Assembly (NCBI RefSeq): GCF_006345805.1
Contig: NC_043010.1
Location: forward strand, 12,214,001-12,278,000
Direction of reading: 5' to 3'
DNA: 64,000 bases
DNA from: Octopus sinensis
Lineage: Eukaryota
The notes under the pieces are model-generated. The model was given only the letters and a program-made list of their open reading frames with translations, did not search any database and was not told where the DNA came from. A program made the translations under genes and the position numbers. This document shows, piece by piece, positions 24,230-38,652 of the stretch. Position 1 is the stretch's first letter. Each line of letters starts with the position of its first letter.

Positions 24230-24415
24230 CTATTTATTATTTCAGTCATTTGACTGCGGCCATGCTGGAGCACCGCCTTTAGTCGAGCAAATCGACCCCG
24301 GTAAGCCCAGTACTTATTCTATCGGTCTCTTTTGCCGAACCGCTAAGTGACAGGGACGTAAACACACCAGCATCGGTTGTCAAGCAATGCTAGGGGAACA
24401 AACACAGACACACAA

Positions 24416-24474
<59 letters not shown>

Positions 24475-24650
24475 CATGTATACGACAGGCTTCTTTCAGT
24501 TTCCGTCTACCAAATCCACTCACAAGGCATTGGTCGGCCCGGGGCTATAGCAGAAGACACTCGCCCAAGTTGCCACGCAGTGGGACTGAACCTGGAACCA
24601 TGTGGTTGGTTAGCAAGCTACTTACCAAACAGCCACTCCTGCACCTATAT
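24230..24650 (-). mobile_element. SINE family A, near full length
   Basis: Near-consensus, with a small internal deletion in the 3' module. Confidence 0.9.
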
Positions 24651-24889
24651 GGAGAGAGTTCCTTATTTACATAGTAGGTGGCCTATACTTGTGAGATGGG
24701 GAAATCTGTACTGTACCCAGACTGAAATGATTTGGTGTAGCTTTTTGGATACTGCTGGTTTGGTATGACTGACTGGACATCCAGCCTGTTTTGGTGACAG
24801 TACTTTTTAGCACTGGAGGCAAACACACACACATGCAAACATGCACATACACATGCATGTACAGTTAGAAAGTGAGTGTGTGTGCATGA

Positions 24890-24926
<37 letters not shown>

Positions 24927-25083
24927 TGACATTACAATTTATTAATTGAATGTGACTGATGTAAATGTTCTCCCCTCCTCGTACACACAAACTGGGAGAG
25001 AGAAAAAGAGAGAGAAAGGGGAAGGAAAAATGAGTGGGAGAGAGAGAAAGAGGGAAATGATGAGAATGAGAGAAAGAGGAAAG

Positions 25084-25115
<32 letters not shown>

Positions 25116-26409
25116 CTACAATTTATTATTTAAATACAATTGATGAAAACACTAACCCTCTCCTCATACGCATAAAGGGAAGTATGTTCACACACATAAA
25201 TAGAGAAAGAGAGAGAGAGAGAGAGAAAATGAGAAAGTCAAATAAGTCAGCATTGATTCAGCAATGCCAAATAGGCAGCACCAAAATGGCAGCACCAAAA
25301 TATCTCGTAATCTATCATACCACACAGATGACTTCTTTTGCTTTTTGGCGAGAATAACCTCAACTACATGGAGAACTCATGTTACGATATACTGAAAACA
25401 TAGTGTCTCCTACATGTTGAGTATCTTCAATTCAACACCTAAAGAGTATTCTTTACATGGTGTGCATTCAACTTACATCTATTCTCACATGAGGCGATTG
25501 TCCTTTGAAAACATGGGAATATAGCTAAAAGATTTTTTTATGGAATGTAACTTTTGTTTTTAATAATTCTTAAATAATGAATTACACTTTGCAAAAAAAA
25601 ATTTAAGAGATAAAATTAGCGACAATAAATGTATATAAACATATGTAGGCATATATGCATATATGCATACATACATACATATATACATACATGCACATAC
25701 ACACACACATATAGACTTCCATATATACACACACACACATATCTATATATGTGTGTGTATACATATATTATCCTTGTTACTGTTGTTGCTGTTATTATTG
25801 TTATTATTATTATTAGTCTGCTGAAGTTACAAAGTGACTCAAGGGCTGAGAGTTTCGTACTTGGTACTTTTCAAACTGACCAGTTTGATAAATGCCATGT
25901 ATGAAAATCTTGGTCTTTGAGTCAATTTATAATTTCTGGCATTTCATATAATAATAATTTCATATGAATGCTTGTATGTGTGTGCATGCATATATATATA
26001 TGTGTGTGTATATATATATATATATATATAATATATATATATATGTATATACATATATATGTATATATGTATGTATGTATATGTGTATGCATATATGTAT
26101 ATGTGTATGTATATGTGCATGTATATATATATGTATGTATGTATATATATATATATTCTCATGTATTGTGTTTTATCTACTCTGTTTCCTCTACCAAAGT
26201 TATTATATATATATATATATATATACTATATATATATAATATATATATATCTGAGAATGTGTGTGTGTTTGTGTGTGTGTATGTGTGTCTGTGTGTGTGC
26301 ATGTATTTTATTCTTATTGCATCTGTAAATGTATTTATGTGTATCCGTATAACAACATCAATTACCATCTCTTAGATGTCTTAAAGTGATCGAACACTAC
26401 ACGAATGAT

Positions 26410-26700
26410 TGATTTTTTGTTTTTCACATACACACATATACACATACACACATATACACATATATACATATGTAAATATACACATATACACATATACACA
26501 TATACACATGCACACATATACACATACACACATATACACATACACACATATACACATATATACATATGTAAATATACACATATACACATATACACATACA
26601 CACATACACACATATACACATATGTAAATATACACATACACACATATACACATATGTAAATATACACATGCACATATATACACATACACACATATTACAC
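26410..26700. repeat. (CATATA/CACATA)-based minisatellite with higher-order periodicity
   Basis: A recurring tatgtaaatatacac marker within a CA/TA-rich array. Confidence 0.85.
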
Positions 26701-27025
26701 ATGAGCAAATATCTGTATACACCGTCTCAAGCAGTCCATCAATTGGAACTATAGAGGCAACACCATATATATGACTCATGTAATGTGTCCAGTGAAATTT
26801 TCATCAAATAATTGTTTCATTACTACTTCACATAGAATTATCTTATCTTTTTTATTTCGACAAGTCTTCTTTGTTTAAGACATAATTCAATTTCATACTT
26901 GTAGTGTGTGTTTGTCTTTTGATTCTTTTACCAATATTCCATTTTGATATCATACCCATATCAATATTTCTCATTCATATAATGCTTGTATCAGTACTTC
27001 TAGCCATAGTTCTAGCTTGTACATT

Positions 27026-27057
<32 letters not shown>

Positions 27058-27371
27058 ATATATATAATTTATGTTCTTATTTTATATCACATTCTGCTCA
27101 ATGTGACAATGTTCTATCATTTCCTTTTCATTTTAATATGTCCATTTGAAATTAACTTTTTTTTTTGTCTTTGTATAAAGAAGCTTATATATTTATCAGG
27201 AATACACATTGCACAGAAATTATTTGTTTTGATTTCTACCTTGATTATAATTGGTAAAAGCAAAACAAATAAATTTTTTTTTTTCTAAAATATAAATTAA
27301 TAATTTATAATGTTTTCAAATGGCTGTCATTAAATTACAAACACTTCCATTCCTGTCATCAAAACAACAAC

Positions 27372-27422
<51 letters not shown>

Positions 27423-28177
27423 TTTCAATATAGGTTCAAGTGTGAGAGTGAATGTCCCTGATTTCAAAAAATATACATTTTATACATCCCTCCAAACCTT
27501 CTCTTTAGTGTAATCTGGTTGGCCTGGAAATTATTGATTGAACATAAATACTATAGTTGGGTCTGAGAAATTTTTTTTCTTGTTTTTTAGCTGTGGGAAT
27601 CCGTTAATACAACTGTCTACTAATCGAGGTAAATATGTTTTGAGCTGTCTCTCTTGGGGGGACAGCTATGAATAGGAGTTCTTTACAACTAAGTCCAGTG
27701 TACATAGTTGCATTGATAAAACTCTAAGATTGGTGGGCAGATATCTGGGTCAATGCAGCATTCCTATTGGAGATTTGTGATGTTTTCCATGTCTGCAAGA
27801 AAGAAGAAAAAAATATCAATGCCACAGATATTTATATATATATATATATACATGTAAAAGAGATCATGCTATTACCATGAGGGATTAGAAGCAAAATAGC
27901 AAAATCAAATTGAATGAGACATTTTTTACATTATAGAAGAATTTATGTTTCATATTTTATTTTTGCTCTGGTTCTCTAGAGAAGAACAATAGATAATTAA
28001 ACAGATGAGTAACAGAAGTGTATTAAATAAAAAATATGACAAAATATAGTTTTATTCTTTAAACATTATATCCAAATATCACACTTTAGCTACGAATATT
28101 TCCAATAATAATCATAATTTATATATATATATGTATATATATGTATGTATATATATATAATATATATAAATATATAT

Positions 28178-28228
<51 letters not shown>

Positions 28229-28664
28229 TTTGTGTGTGTGTATGTTGTAAATTTAAGTCACAATATATGGATTCAAGTAATCCGGTAATACTCATAAAAA
28301 AGCCCCAGGTAAATAATCTATTTATTATTAAATATAATAATATAAATTATTTACATGTTTTTAAGTTATGAAACAATTTGTAATGATATTACAATTTTCT
28401 TATTGTTAAATAAAATTTCTTTGAAACAATTTGTCTGTCATTTATAAAATTAAGATACAATTGAATAAGGTACTTAAATTGAGGCACCTTACTAGTTTGG
28501 TAGTGAAGCATATAAATAATGTCTTGAAAAATCCTTTTCAATAGGAAAAACAAAAGCTGCTTGTTTTGTTTTTTCTATCCAAAAGGGATTTTCAATCCAA
28601 TATTTACCTGTTATTATCTATAGGTTTGTGTGTTTCAAAATCCTTCGTTCCCAAAAAGAATTAC

Positions 28665-29070
28665 TCTTTACTCTTTTACTTGTTTCAGTCATTTGACTGC
28701 GGCCATGCTGGAGCACCACCTTTACTCGAGCAAATCGACCCCGGGACTTATTCTTTTTGTTACCCCAGTACTTATTCTATCGGTCTCTTTTGCCGAACCG
28801 CTAAGTGACGGGGACGTAAACACACCAGAATCGGTTGTCAAGCAATGCTAGGGAGACAAACACAGACATACAAACATACACACACACACACACACATATA
28901 TACATATTTACGACGGGCTTCTTTCAGTTTCCGTCTTCCAAATCCACTCACAAGGCTTTGGTTGGCCCGAGGCTATAGTAGAAGACACTTGCCCAAGATG
29001 CCACGCAGTGGGACTGAACCCGGAACCATGTGGTTGGTAAGCAAGCTTACTTACCACACAGCCACTCATA
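28665..29070 (-). mobile_element. SINE family A, full length
   Basis: Near-consensus. Confidence 0.9.
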
Positions 29071-29204
29071 TTTCATCAAAAGTTTATAAAATTCTTATGG
29101 CATCTACAATATATGTATGATAAAGATGATGATGATTAATGTTGATGATGATGAGAAGTCGATTACATCAACCCCAGTGCTCAATTGGTATTTTAATATA
29201 TTCG

Positions 29205-29425
29205 AGCTGGCAGAACCGTTAGCACGCCGGGCGAAATGCATAGCCGTATTTCGTCTGCCATTACGTTCTGAGTTCAAATTCCGCCGAGGTCGACTTTGCC
29301 TTTCATCCTTTTGGGGTCGATAAATTAAGTACCAGTTATGCACTGGGGTTGGTGTAATTGACTTAATCCGTTTGTCTGTCCTTGTTTGTCCCCTCTGTGT
29401 GTAGCCCCTTGTGGGTAGTAAAGAA
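29205..29425 (+). mobile_element. SINE family B
   Basis: Near-identical to the copies at 7870-8280. Confidence 0.9.
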
Positions 29426-29779
29426 AAAAAAATATATTATCAAAGTCCCGTAAATGTTAACTGAAAGAAACTTTAGAATCATTAGACTGAGCAGACCTTA
29501 AAAACATTTCAGCAGATTTTCCTGTACAAATGAGCCAACAACTCACCACCAATATAAACATTAATACTAAAAGATAAAAATGTTTTCCTACATCAGTTTG
29601 ATTATGCAATTCCTCTATGACCTTCAAAAGGGTGAGAGATAGTTTAGTCTTAAACAAAGGCAGGTTTGTAGTTTCAAGAAATTGCTTACAGATTTTTTTA
29701 TTTCATTAAAAGCTCTGTCTGTACACCATGATTAATAAAGTGACTTGGAAAAAAAATGTCATGAACAATATGTGATAGT

Positions 29780-30170
29780 TTCAGTCATTAGACTGTGGCC
29801 ATGCTGGGGCACCACCTTGGAGAATTTTAGTTGAACTAATCAACCTGAGTACTACTACTTTTTAAGCCTAGTACTTATTCTATCAGTGTCTTTTCCTGAA
29901 ATGTTAAGTTACAGAGACATAAACACACCAACACCCATGGTCAAAAGGTAGTAGGGGACAAACACAGACACACACACACACATATGCATGAATACACACA
30001 CACACATGCACACATACACACAACAGGTTTTCTTCAGTTCACATGTACCAAATCCACTCACAAGTCTTTGGTTGGCCTGAAACTCTAGTAGAAGACACTT
30101 ACCCAAGATGTCATGCAGAGGGACTAAACCCGGAACATCATTGGGAAACAAACTTCTTGACACACAACTA
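29780..30170 (-). mobile_element. SINE family A, older subfamily
   Basis: Diverged but collinear with the other copies. Confidence 0.75.
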
Positions 30171-30204
<34 letters not shown>

Positions 30205-30208
<4 letters not shown>

Positions 30209-30382
30209 AGAGTTTACGAAAAAAACAAAAGATGAAGACTGGTGGTGTACAAAATAAACAGGTGTATTAGTATAACGCTCAGGAATAGAAAAAGTCTTTT
30301 ACGTTTCGAGCCTACGCTCTTCTGCAGAAAGGGACACAGAAAAAACAAGGGGAGAAACAAGGAGAGAAAAAAATGTGTGTAG
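30205..30382 (-). mobile_element. Short hammerhead-like unit (CUGYAGAA subfamily) abutting (TA)n
   Basis: Minus strand cttt|CUGCAGA-A|gagc-gtag-gctc|GAA|acgt|A|aaag at 30296-30331. Homologous to 45860-46175. Confidence 0.7.
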
Positions 30383-30389
30383 TATATAC

Positions 30390-30788
30390 TCTTTTACTTG
30401 TTTCAGTCATTTGACTGTGGCCATACTAGAGCACCGCCTTTAGTCGAGCAAATCGACCCCAGGACTTATTCTTTGTAAGCCTAGTTCTTATTCTATTGGT
30501 CTCTTTTGCCGAACTGCTAAGTTACGGGGACGTAAACACACCAGCATCGGTTGTTAAGCGATGTTGGGGGCACAAACACAGACACACAAACATTACACAC
30601 ACACACACACACACACATACATATACATATATACGATGGGCTTCTTTCAGTTTCCATCTACGAAATCCACTCACAAGGCTTTGGTCGGCCCGAGGCCATA
30701 GCAGAAGACACTTGCCCAAGGTGTCACGCAGTGGGACTGAACCCGGAACCATGTGGCTGGTAAGCAAGCTACTTACCACACAGCCACT

Positions 30789-30792
<4 letters not shown>
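30390..30792 (-). mobile_element. SINE family A, full length
   Basis: Near-consensus. Confidence 0.9.
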
Positions 30793-30824
<32 letters not shown>

Positions 30825-31514
30825 CAGCCATATTGAAATAAGAAGAAATTACTGAAGGAAAGAAGCTGGGGGTGTTATAGAGTGAACTACTTGTGGAATC
30901 AATGGAGAGCATACAGACATAGCAATATTCATTTCATTATCTCATATCACACTGACTGTCTTCTGACTAACAGTAAATCTTTAAAGGAAGACAGTATAAT
31001 ATTATATATATATATTTTTTATGCTATGGTAGTCTAAATTTCCTTTAACAGAGTCTTGAATATTAGTTTTATTGATGATATACAAAACTGCTAACATAAT
31101 TGATATAAGGCCTTAAAGTCCTGAGTAATAAGATTAATTAGCTATAAAGTCTGAGAGTTTATAGGGGAAGATAAACAGAGACCTGTGTGATATACCCAGA
31201 ACATTACAGATCTGGCTGGATTGATGTCACTCTAAAGTAGAGGTCTGAAACGATTTGCAGATATGATTAATTTATTTATCTATTTATTTTCTTATTTATG
31301 AATTTATAACACAGTTTGTGAACAATACCATTGTTGCTTACAGGTTTCCAATGGACCAGTCACCGGTTCACTGCATTTCATTATAGTGAGGGATGCTTCC
31401 AATTTTTTGCTTTTATTGCAAATTTTTATATCCATTGCAGATATATATCAGCAAAAAGATACACACACACACACACACATATTATCTGTCTATCTGTCTC
31501 TCTCGCTCTCTCTC

Positions 31515-31545
<31 letters not shown>

Positions 31546-31555
31546 GCACACACAC

Positions 31556-31586
<31 letters not shown>

Positions 31587-31679
31587 TGTGTGTGTGTGAA
31601 AAACAAAACTCAGCAAAAGCACAGAAACAAATGTTGTAATTAAAGTCTGTTTTTCCATCTTGTATAAATAAATTTATCC

Positions 31680-32058
31680 ATGCATACATACACACACACA
31701 CACATACTCACATACATAACACACACACACACACACAAACACATACATACATACATACATACATACATACATACGTACATACATACATACACACACACAC
31801 ACATACATACATACATACATACATACATACACACACATACATACATACACACATACTCACATACATACATACATACATACATACACACACATACATACAT
31901 ACATACATACATACATACATACACACACATACATACATACATACATACATACATACATACACACATACACACATACATACATACATACATACATACATAC
32001 ACACATACATACATACATACATACATACGTACATACATACATACACACACACACACAT

Positions 32059-32090
<32 letters not shown>

Positions 32091-32102
32091 CACACACATA
32101 CA
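31680..32102. repeat. (TACA)n/(CA)n microsatellite
   Basis: Direct inspection. Confidence 0.95.
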
Positions 32103-32770
32103 TGTGTGCAACAATTGCTATAGAAAACCAGTACAATGCAAGATGAAAAAGCCCCAGCTCATCACCGTCTACTTTTTAACACTGAAATATTGAAATATAA
32201 GTTAAAAGTGTAAACTAGTATACTACTGCTTTGTTTCATTTCTACTTCCACACCTCCATTTCTATAATTCCAACTTGCATTGTACCGACATTGTATAACT
32301 AATTATCTTAACAGCTCTAACTCACAATGCTTCACTTAAACTACACTAATCTAATACATTTATATATAGATATCATATCATATATATAGATATCATATAT
32401 ATATATATATATGTATATTATATATGTATATATATATATATATATATTATATGTATATATATATTATATATATATATATATATGTATATATATGTATATA
32501 TATATATATATATATATAGTATGTATATATATTTAATAAATATATAATATATAATATATAATATATATATATATATACTTTATATATATATGTATGTATA
32601 TATATATATCCATATATATACTATACATATATATTATATATACATACTACATATATATATCTATATATATATATATATATATATACATATATATACATAA
32701 TATATATATTATATATATATATATATTATATACATATATATACATATTATTATTATATATAGATATATAC

Positions 32771-32812
<42 letters not shown>

Positions 32813-33108
32813 TACATTATATATATACATATATATATATACATATATAATATACATATATATATTATATATATTATATATATATATATATATACACACA
32901 TATATAATATGTGTGTGTGTGTGTGTGTAGGAGTGTGTTGATTGGCAACATACTGTGCAGAAGATTAGTCTGACTGTCCAGGCATAGTAGAACAGCCATT
33001 AAAATTGTGTGTGTATCTATAATACATATATATCTGTGAATACATGTATAGATGTATGGTAATGTATGTGTGTGTATATATATATATATATAAACGTCAC
33101 TCTCTTGC

Positions 33109-33159
<51 letters not shown>

Positions 33160-33219
33160 ATATACACATACATATATATATACATACATATACATATCCA
33201 ATTATATATATGTATGTAT

Positions 33220-33377
33220 AGGAGTGGCTGTGTGGTAAGAAGCTTGCTTCCCAACCACATGGCTCCAGGTTCAGTCCCACTGCAAGGCTCCTTGGGCAAG
33301 TATCTTCTACTACAGCATTGGGCCAACCAAAATTTTGTGAGTGGGTTTAGTAGACAGAAATTGAAAGAAGCCCATTG

Positions 33378-33408
<31 letters not shown>

Positions 33409-33590
33409 TGTATATGTGTATATACATTTATATATACATACACATACACATATATATATATGTATATATGTATATATATGTATGTATGTATTTGTGCCTC
33501 TGTGTTTGTCCCCCACCTCTCATCACTTGATAACTGATGTTGGTGTGTTTATGTCCCCATAACTTAGCAGTTCGGCAAAAGAGACACTGC
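33220..33590 (+). mobile_element. SINE family A, plus strand, 3'-truncated
   Basis: Head, (TA)n and the start of the 3' module. Confidence 0.85.
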
Positions 33591-33730
33591 TGTTCATTTC
33601 AACAGATGAGTGAATTGGAGCTACATGAAATAAAGTGTCTTGCTCAAGAAGGCAACACACATCCCGGACCAGGAATCAAACTTGCTACTCCATGATTGTG
33701 ATCGTTGTGTTCTAACCACTGAGCCATGCA
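33590..33730 (-). mobile_element. tRNA-derived SINE with a CORE-like central domain (family E)
   Basis: Minus strand gcatggctcagtggttagaaca...gtttgattcctgg...cttgagcaagacactttatttc...ctcatctgttgaaatg. The CORE-domain similarity is from memory. Confidence 0.55.
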
Positions 33731-34559
33731 TCTTTACATGAGGAGTAGTGGACCTATTTTGTTTGTTGTACACTACTCCCTCTCCCAAACACTCCATATC
33801 ATCCTTATGACCCTACATCTATCTCAAGGCATATGTTTTAAGGACTTCATCAGATATACATGTACCCTATACATTCTACCTGTATTCACCCTACTAACTA
33901 TGTAATATTAGCAACGTCCATCATTCGTTATCCATCACTTATCCACCTTTCACTATCCCGGGGCTATAATAGAACAACACACTTGCCCATGGTGTCATGC
34001 AGTAGGACAGAACCTAAAATCACATTGTTACAAAGTGAACTTCCAAACCACACAGCCATGCCTGCACCTAGAATGATAGGGTTTATGAAATGTTTTCATG
34101 AGTAGAAAAATTCGTATTTTGCTTCAAAATATGAATTAGAACCTATTAAGTTGGGAATTGCTAACCTGTAGTATCTTCACCACCACCACCACCACCGCCG
34201 CCGCCGCCACCACCGCCAACACCACCACCACCACCACCACCACCATCATCACCATCATCACCATCGTCATCATCGTCATCATTGTCATCATCATCATCAT
34301 CATCATCATCGTCATCATCATCATTATCACCGTCGTCGTCGTCGTCATTGAATATTTGTTTTCCGTGCTGATATAGGTCGGACAGTTTGACCTGAGCAAA
34401 CTGGGGTGTTGGACCAAGTTCCAGTCTGATTTGGCTTGGTTTCTACAGCTTGGATGCTCTTTGTAACACCAACCACTTCACAATATCAATTATAAAAAAT
34501 ATTTATTTATTGTTCTAGAACCTGACCATTTACTAAGGTAGAACATCATCATCATCATC

Positions 34560-35030
34560 ATCATCATCCTCATCATCGTTTAACATCCGCTTTCCATGCT
34601 ACCATGGGTTGGACGATTTTGACTGAGGGCTGGCGAACCAGATGGCTGCACCAGGCTCCAAACTTGATCTGGCAGAGTTTCTACAGCTGGATGCTCTTCC
34701 TAACGCCAACCACTCCGAGAGTGTAGTGGGTGTATTTTACGTGCCACTGGCATGGGGGCCAGTCAGGCGGTACTGGCAATGACCTTGCTCAAATCTTTTT
34801 ACACGTGCCACCAGCACAGGTGCCAGTGAAGCGACGTTGGTAATGATCACGTTCGAATGGTGCTCTTTTACGTGCCATGGGTACGGAAGTCAGTTGGCTG
34901 CTATGGCAACGATCATTGTTGTAGTCATTTCAATTTCCTTTCGGAAATTCCATGCTCAGATGGTGCTCTTGGCACCCTACAAGCACAGGCACAAGTGCCA
35001 GTAAGGCGACTTGTGGTAGTTGTTTCAGCT
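34560..35030 (-). mobile_element. SINE-like family C carrying a foreign 30-bp templated insertion
   Basis: Family C core and 5' units on minus. 34914-34943 equals the reverse complement of 35614-35643. Confidence 0.85.
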
Positions 35031-35381
35031 CTCTCCCTTTGCTCTTTGAGTTCAAATGCTGTTGAGGTTCAAATCTACCTTTTCTCCTTTTGAGGGTCAA
35101 TAAAATAGAATACCAGTTCAGACTTGTTCAAGTATCAGATGTGGTGCCTAGTGATATTTGGTATGGCTTTTTTGCATGGCTTGTTTTAACACCCTCGCTT
35201 TTCCTTGGATGATTCAGTGATGTTCATCCTTTTGCAAGGTTTCAATCCAAGTCTTCAGTTTGAAGTTAGCTTTCTCCCTACCTCCTACCATTTTCAAAAA
35301 CCCTGATAAAAAACCCCCCAAAAAACCACAAACAAGAGATCATGGACACTGCACTTTCTTCCTTGACTAAACAATAGCAAC

Positions 35382-35413
<32 letters not shown>

Positions 35414-37284
35414 GAAGAGAGGGGTGAGAGAAAGGAAGTCGGAGAAATGGAAAGAAGGAAAGAGAAAGAATGAGAGAGAGAGGAAGAAGTATAAATTCTT
35501 CAATGTTCATCCTTTAAGGTTAATAAATTACTTTCTTCTTAGATATATGGCATCAGACATTTCAGTAAGCATGGACAATATTCTTACCTATTTGGTGATA
35601 TTAGAAATGTAAGCGAAAGGAAATTGAAATGACTACAACAATGGAATAAAACTGGGTCATAAACTTCGCTTACTATCAGTTGATTCATACTCTGTGAAGC
35701 CTGCTTCTTTAAGGAAAAAATAGCCGGAATACATAGGTAGTAAGTGGAGTCCAGAGTAATACTGATTCTAGCAGTAAAATATATTTCTGCTATGTTGAAA
35801 AGTGAAAGTACAATTTGTTGATGGGTGAATGGCTGAAGATTGCTAGTAAAAGCTATCCTTACGATAGATTTGTCAATCAATTTGATTGCTTTTTCAGAAC
35901 ATAACAGAATGTGCTGCCAGATACCAGAAATGTGCATTAGATATAGAGGCAATTTTAACTCTATTTAGTCGACAGAAAATGTTCGATGCTAAAATATTTC
36001 TTAGCTCTGCGGAAAAGGAATCATCATCCCTTCTTGTCTGTTTCCTTTTCATCTATTTCCCTTTTTTTTTTCCTTTCTTTCTTTTCTCCCCCCCCCCCCC
36101 GCAGTGTTGGTTGGTTTTAAGTTGGGGGGGAGGGTTATTGCTAGGTCATGAGATTTCCAATTAATTATAAATGTGACAATCCTACTTTGTCTACTAACTT
36201 AGCGTCATAGAATACTAATGTATAACTTCTAAGAAATATTAACATTTCGGTGAAGAAAATTTGATAACAAAATAGTGTAAACAAACGTATATATATATAT
36301 ATATACACATATATATACACACATATATATATATACATATATATATACATATATACATATACATATATATACATATATATATATATATACATATATATAC
36401 ATACATATATATACATATATATACACACATATATATACATATATATACATATTATATATATATATATATAGATATATACACATACATATACATATATATA
36501 TATACATATATACATATATATGCATATATATATATACACATATATATATATACATATATATACACATATATATACATATATAACATATATATACACATAT
36601 ATATATATACACAAATATACATACATATATATACATACATATACATACATACATACATACATACATACATACATACATACATACATACATACACGTACAT
36701 ACATACGTACGTACATACCAAAAAAAAAGGAGGAAGTCAAAGAAAGAATGAAGAAAATGAGATTAGCTAATTTACTTGCAATTTATCATCTAGATTGATC
36801 AATTGCTTGGTGACAAGATGTATGTAACTAATCTACCAACATCAATCCAGGTTCACACAGGGGAACACAAGAGGGGAAAGCTTAACATAGAAAGAAAAAT
36901 AATTTAACTGAAATCATTTTCGGCAATAATCTCGCTTTCTTTATGTTTTATTTGCTTTGTATTTTTATAAATTTTTTCTTTTTATTTTCTGATAAAATCT
37001 TTTCGAGGAACATGTCTGTCAGATAATTCATAGATTTCCTTAATTTTTATTTTACTGTGAACACCTGCAAAACGTGAGAAACCCGTGTGTAGCTTATACA
37101 AGATTTCATTGCCATCATGAAGGTTCATTTCTGTAATATCAAATATAAGATATGAGAAAATATGTTTTGCCTACCTTTGTGTAAATAGATATATGCTATC
37201 ATATGCACAAATTACAGAAATCAGTTGGAATCATATCTATATAATTATATGTGTAAGTGTGTGTAAGTACAAAAACTACAGGGG

Positions 37285-37640
37285 TAGCTGTGTGCTGAGA
37301 AGATTGCTTCCCAACCACATGATTCTGAGTTCAGTCCCACTGCATGGCACCTTGGGAAAGTGTTTTTCTACTATAACCTTGGGCCAACCAAAGCCTTGTG
37401 AGTGGATTTGGTAGACAGAAACTGAAAAAAGCACATCGTGTGTGTGTGTGTGTGTCTTTGTATCTGTGTTTGTCCTCCACCATCACTTGACAACTGTAAG
37501 TTTGCAGCTTAGTAAAAGAGATTAATATATAAGTGCCAGACTTTAAAACAAATAGTACTGGGGTCAATTTGTTCAAATAATATCCTTCAAGGTGGTGCAC
37601 AAGCATAGCCACAGTCTTATGACCAAAACAAATTGAAGAA
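37285..37640 (+). mobile_element. SINE family A, older subfamily, plus strand
   Basis: Diverged head, (TG)n and 3' module. Confidence 0.75.
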
Positions 37641-37654
37641 TATGATATTAAAAG

Positions 37655-37717
<63 letters not shown>

Positions 37718-37719
37718 CA

Positions 37720-37856
37720 TGTGAGTAAGCACATAAATGTAAAATAAGGTGGAAAAAATAGTACTCAAATACCGAAGGTAGAGTAATATGCTTTTTTATT
37801 AAAGCTGCAAAAAAATCTAATACTCAGAGTTTCATGTTCCCATTCGTTGGGCAGTT
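37720..37856 (-). mobile_element. Second copy of the 12.5-kb hammerhead element, with degenerate core
   Basis: Minus strand ctgc|CCAACGA|atg-ggaa-cat|GAA|actctgagt|A|ttag, followed by the same gcatattactctacc...gtatttgagt...ccacctt...catttatgtg tail as 12567-12630. Confidence 0.75.
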
Positions 37857-37899
37857 GTAATACAGAAAATCAACCTGCTTTTTAGATGCTTTTGTCAGT

Positions 37900-37975
37900 G
37901 GGCAGTTTAGCTTAATGGTAAAGCACTTAGCTGGAGTCATATCAAGAGATATGGGTCCGAGTCCCATAACTGGTT
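37900..37975 (+). pseudogene. tRNA-like sequence (pseudo-tRNA or SINE head)
   Basis: D arm gctt/aagc and T arm atggg-tccgagt-cccat are present. The anticodon arm and acceptor stem are defective. Followed by a perfect 12-bp hairpin at 37993-38021. Confidence 0.5.
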
Positions 37976-38173
37976 GATGACAAATTTTTCTGCTTTGTAA
38001 GGGTAATTAACCCTTACAAAGGGTAAATTATCACTATTTTAACAGTGTCTCTGCATTTGAAACTAAATTTTAATCTTATTTATATCTATATACACATTTT
38101 AGCACTTATAAAAAACAAACATTAGTTTGTTTAAACATATATAAATATATATATATTTAAACATATATAAATA

Positions 38174-38217
<44 letters not shown>

Positions 38218-38225
38218 TACATGTG

Positions 38226-38254
<29 letters not shown>

Positions 38255-38256
<2 letters not shown>

Positions 38257-38652
38257 GCCAGCCTCATCTGGCACCTGTGTCGGTGGCACATAAAAACACC
38301 ATCCGAGCGTGGCCGTCTGCCAGCCTCGTCTGGCACCTGTGTCGGTGGCACATAAAAACACCATCCGAGCGTGGCCGTCTGCCAGCCTCGTCTGGCACCT
38401 GTGTCGGTGGCACATAAAAACACCATCCGAGCGTGGCCGTTCGCCAGCCTCGTCTGGCACCTGTGTCGGTGGCACATAAAATCACCCACTACACTCTCGG
38501 AGTGGTTGGCGTTAGGAAGGGCATCCAGCTGTAGAAACACTGCCAGATCTGACTGGCCTGGTGCAGCCTTCGGGCTCCCCAGACCCCAGTTGAACCGTCC
38601 AACCCATGCTAGCATGGAAAACGGACGCTAAATGATGATGATGATGATGATG
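38255..38652 (+). mobile_element. SINE-like family C with 4 near-identical 5' units
   Basis: Repeated gccagcctcgtctggcacctgtgtcggtggcacataaaaacaccatccgagcgtggccg. Confidence 0.9.

Noticed and set aside
33829-33856. Additional hammerhead (minus strand ctgatgaagtcc...aacatatg)
   Set aside because: Stem II and the GAA are not recoverable; too degenerate to count.
35584-36164. Confident host-gene exon call for the overlapping 122-aa (-) and 92-aa (+) ORFs
   Set aside because: Plausible splice signals exist on both strands and no protein family was recognised, so it cannot be supported as a CDS.
37900-37975. Functional tRNA gene
   Set aside because: The acceptor stem is mismatched and there is no 7-nt anticodon loop.
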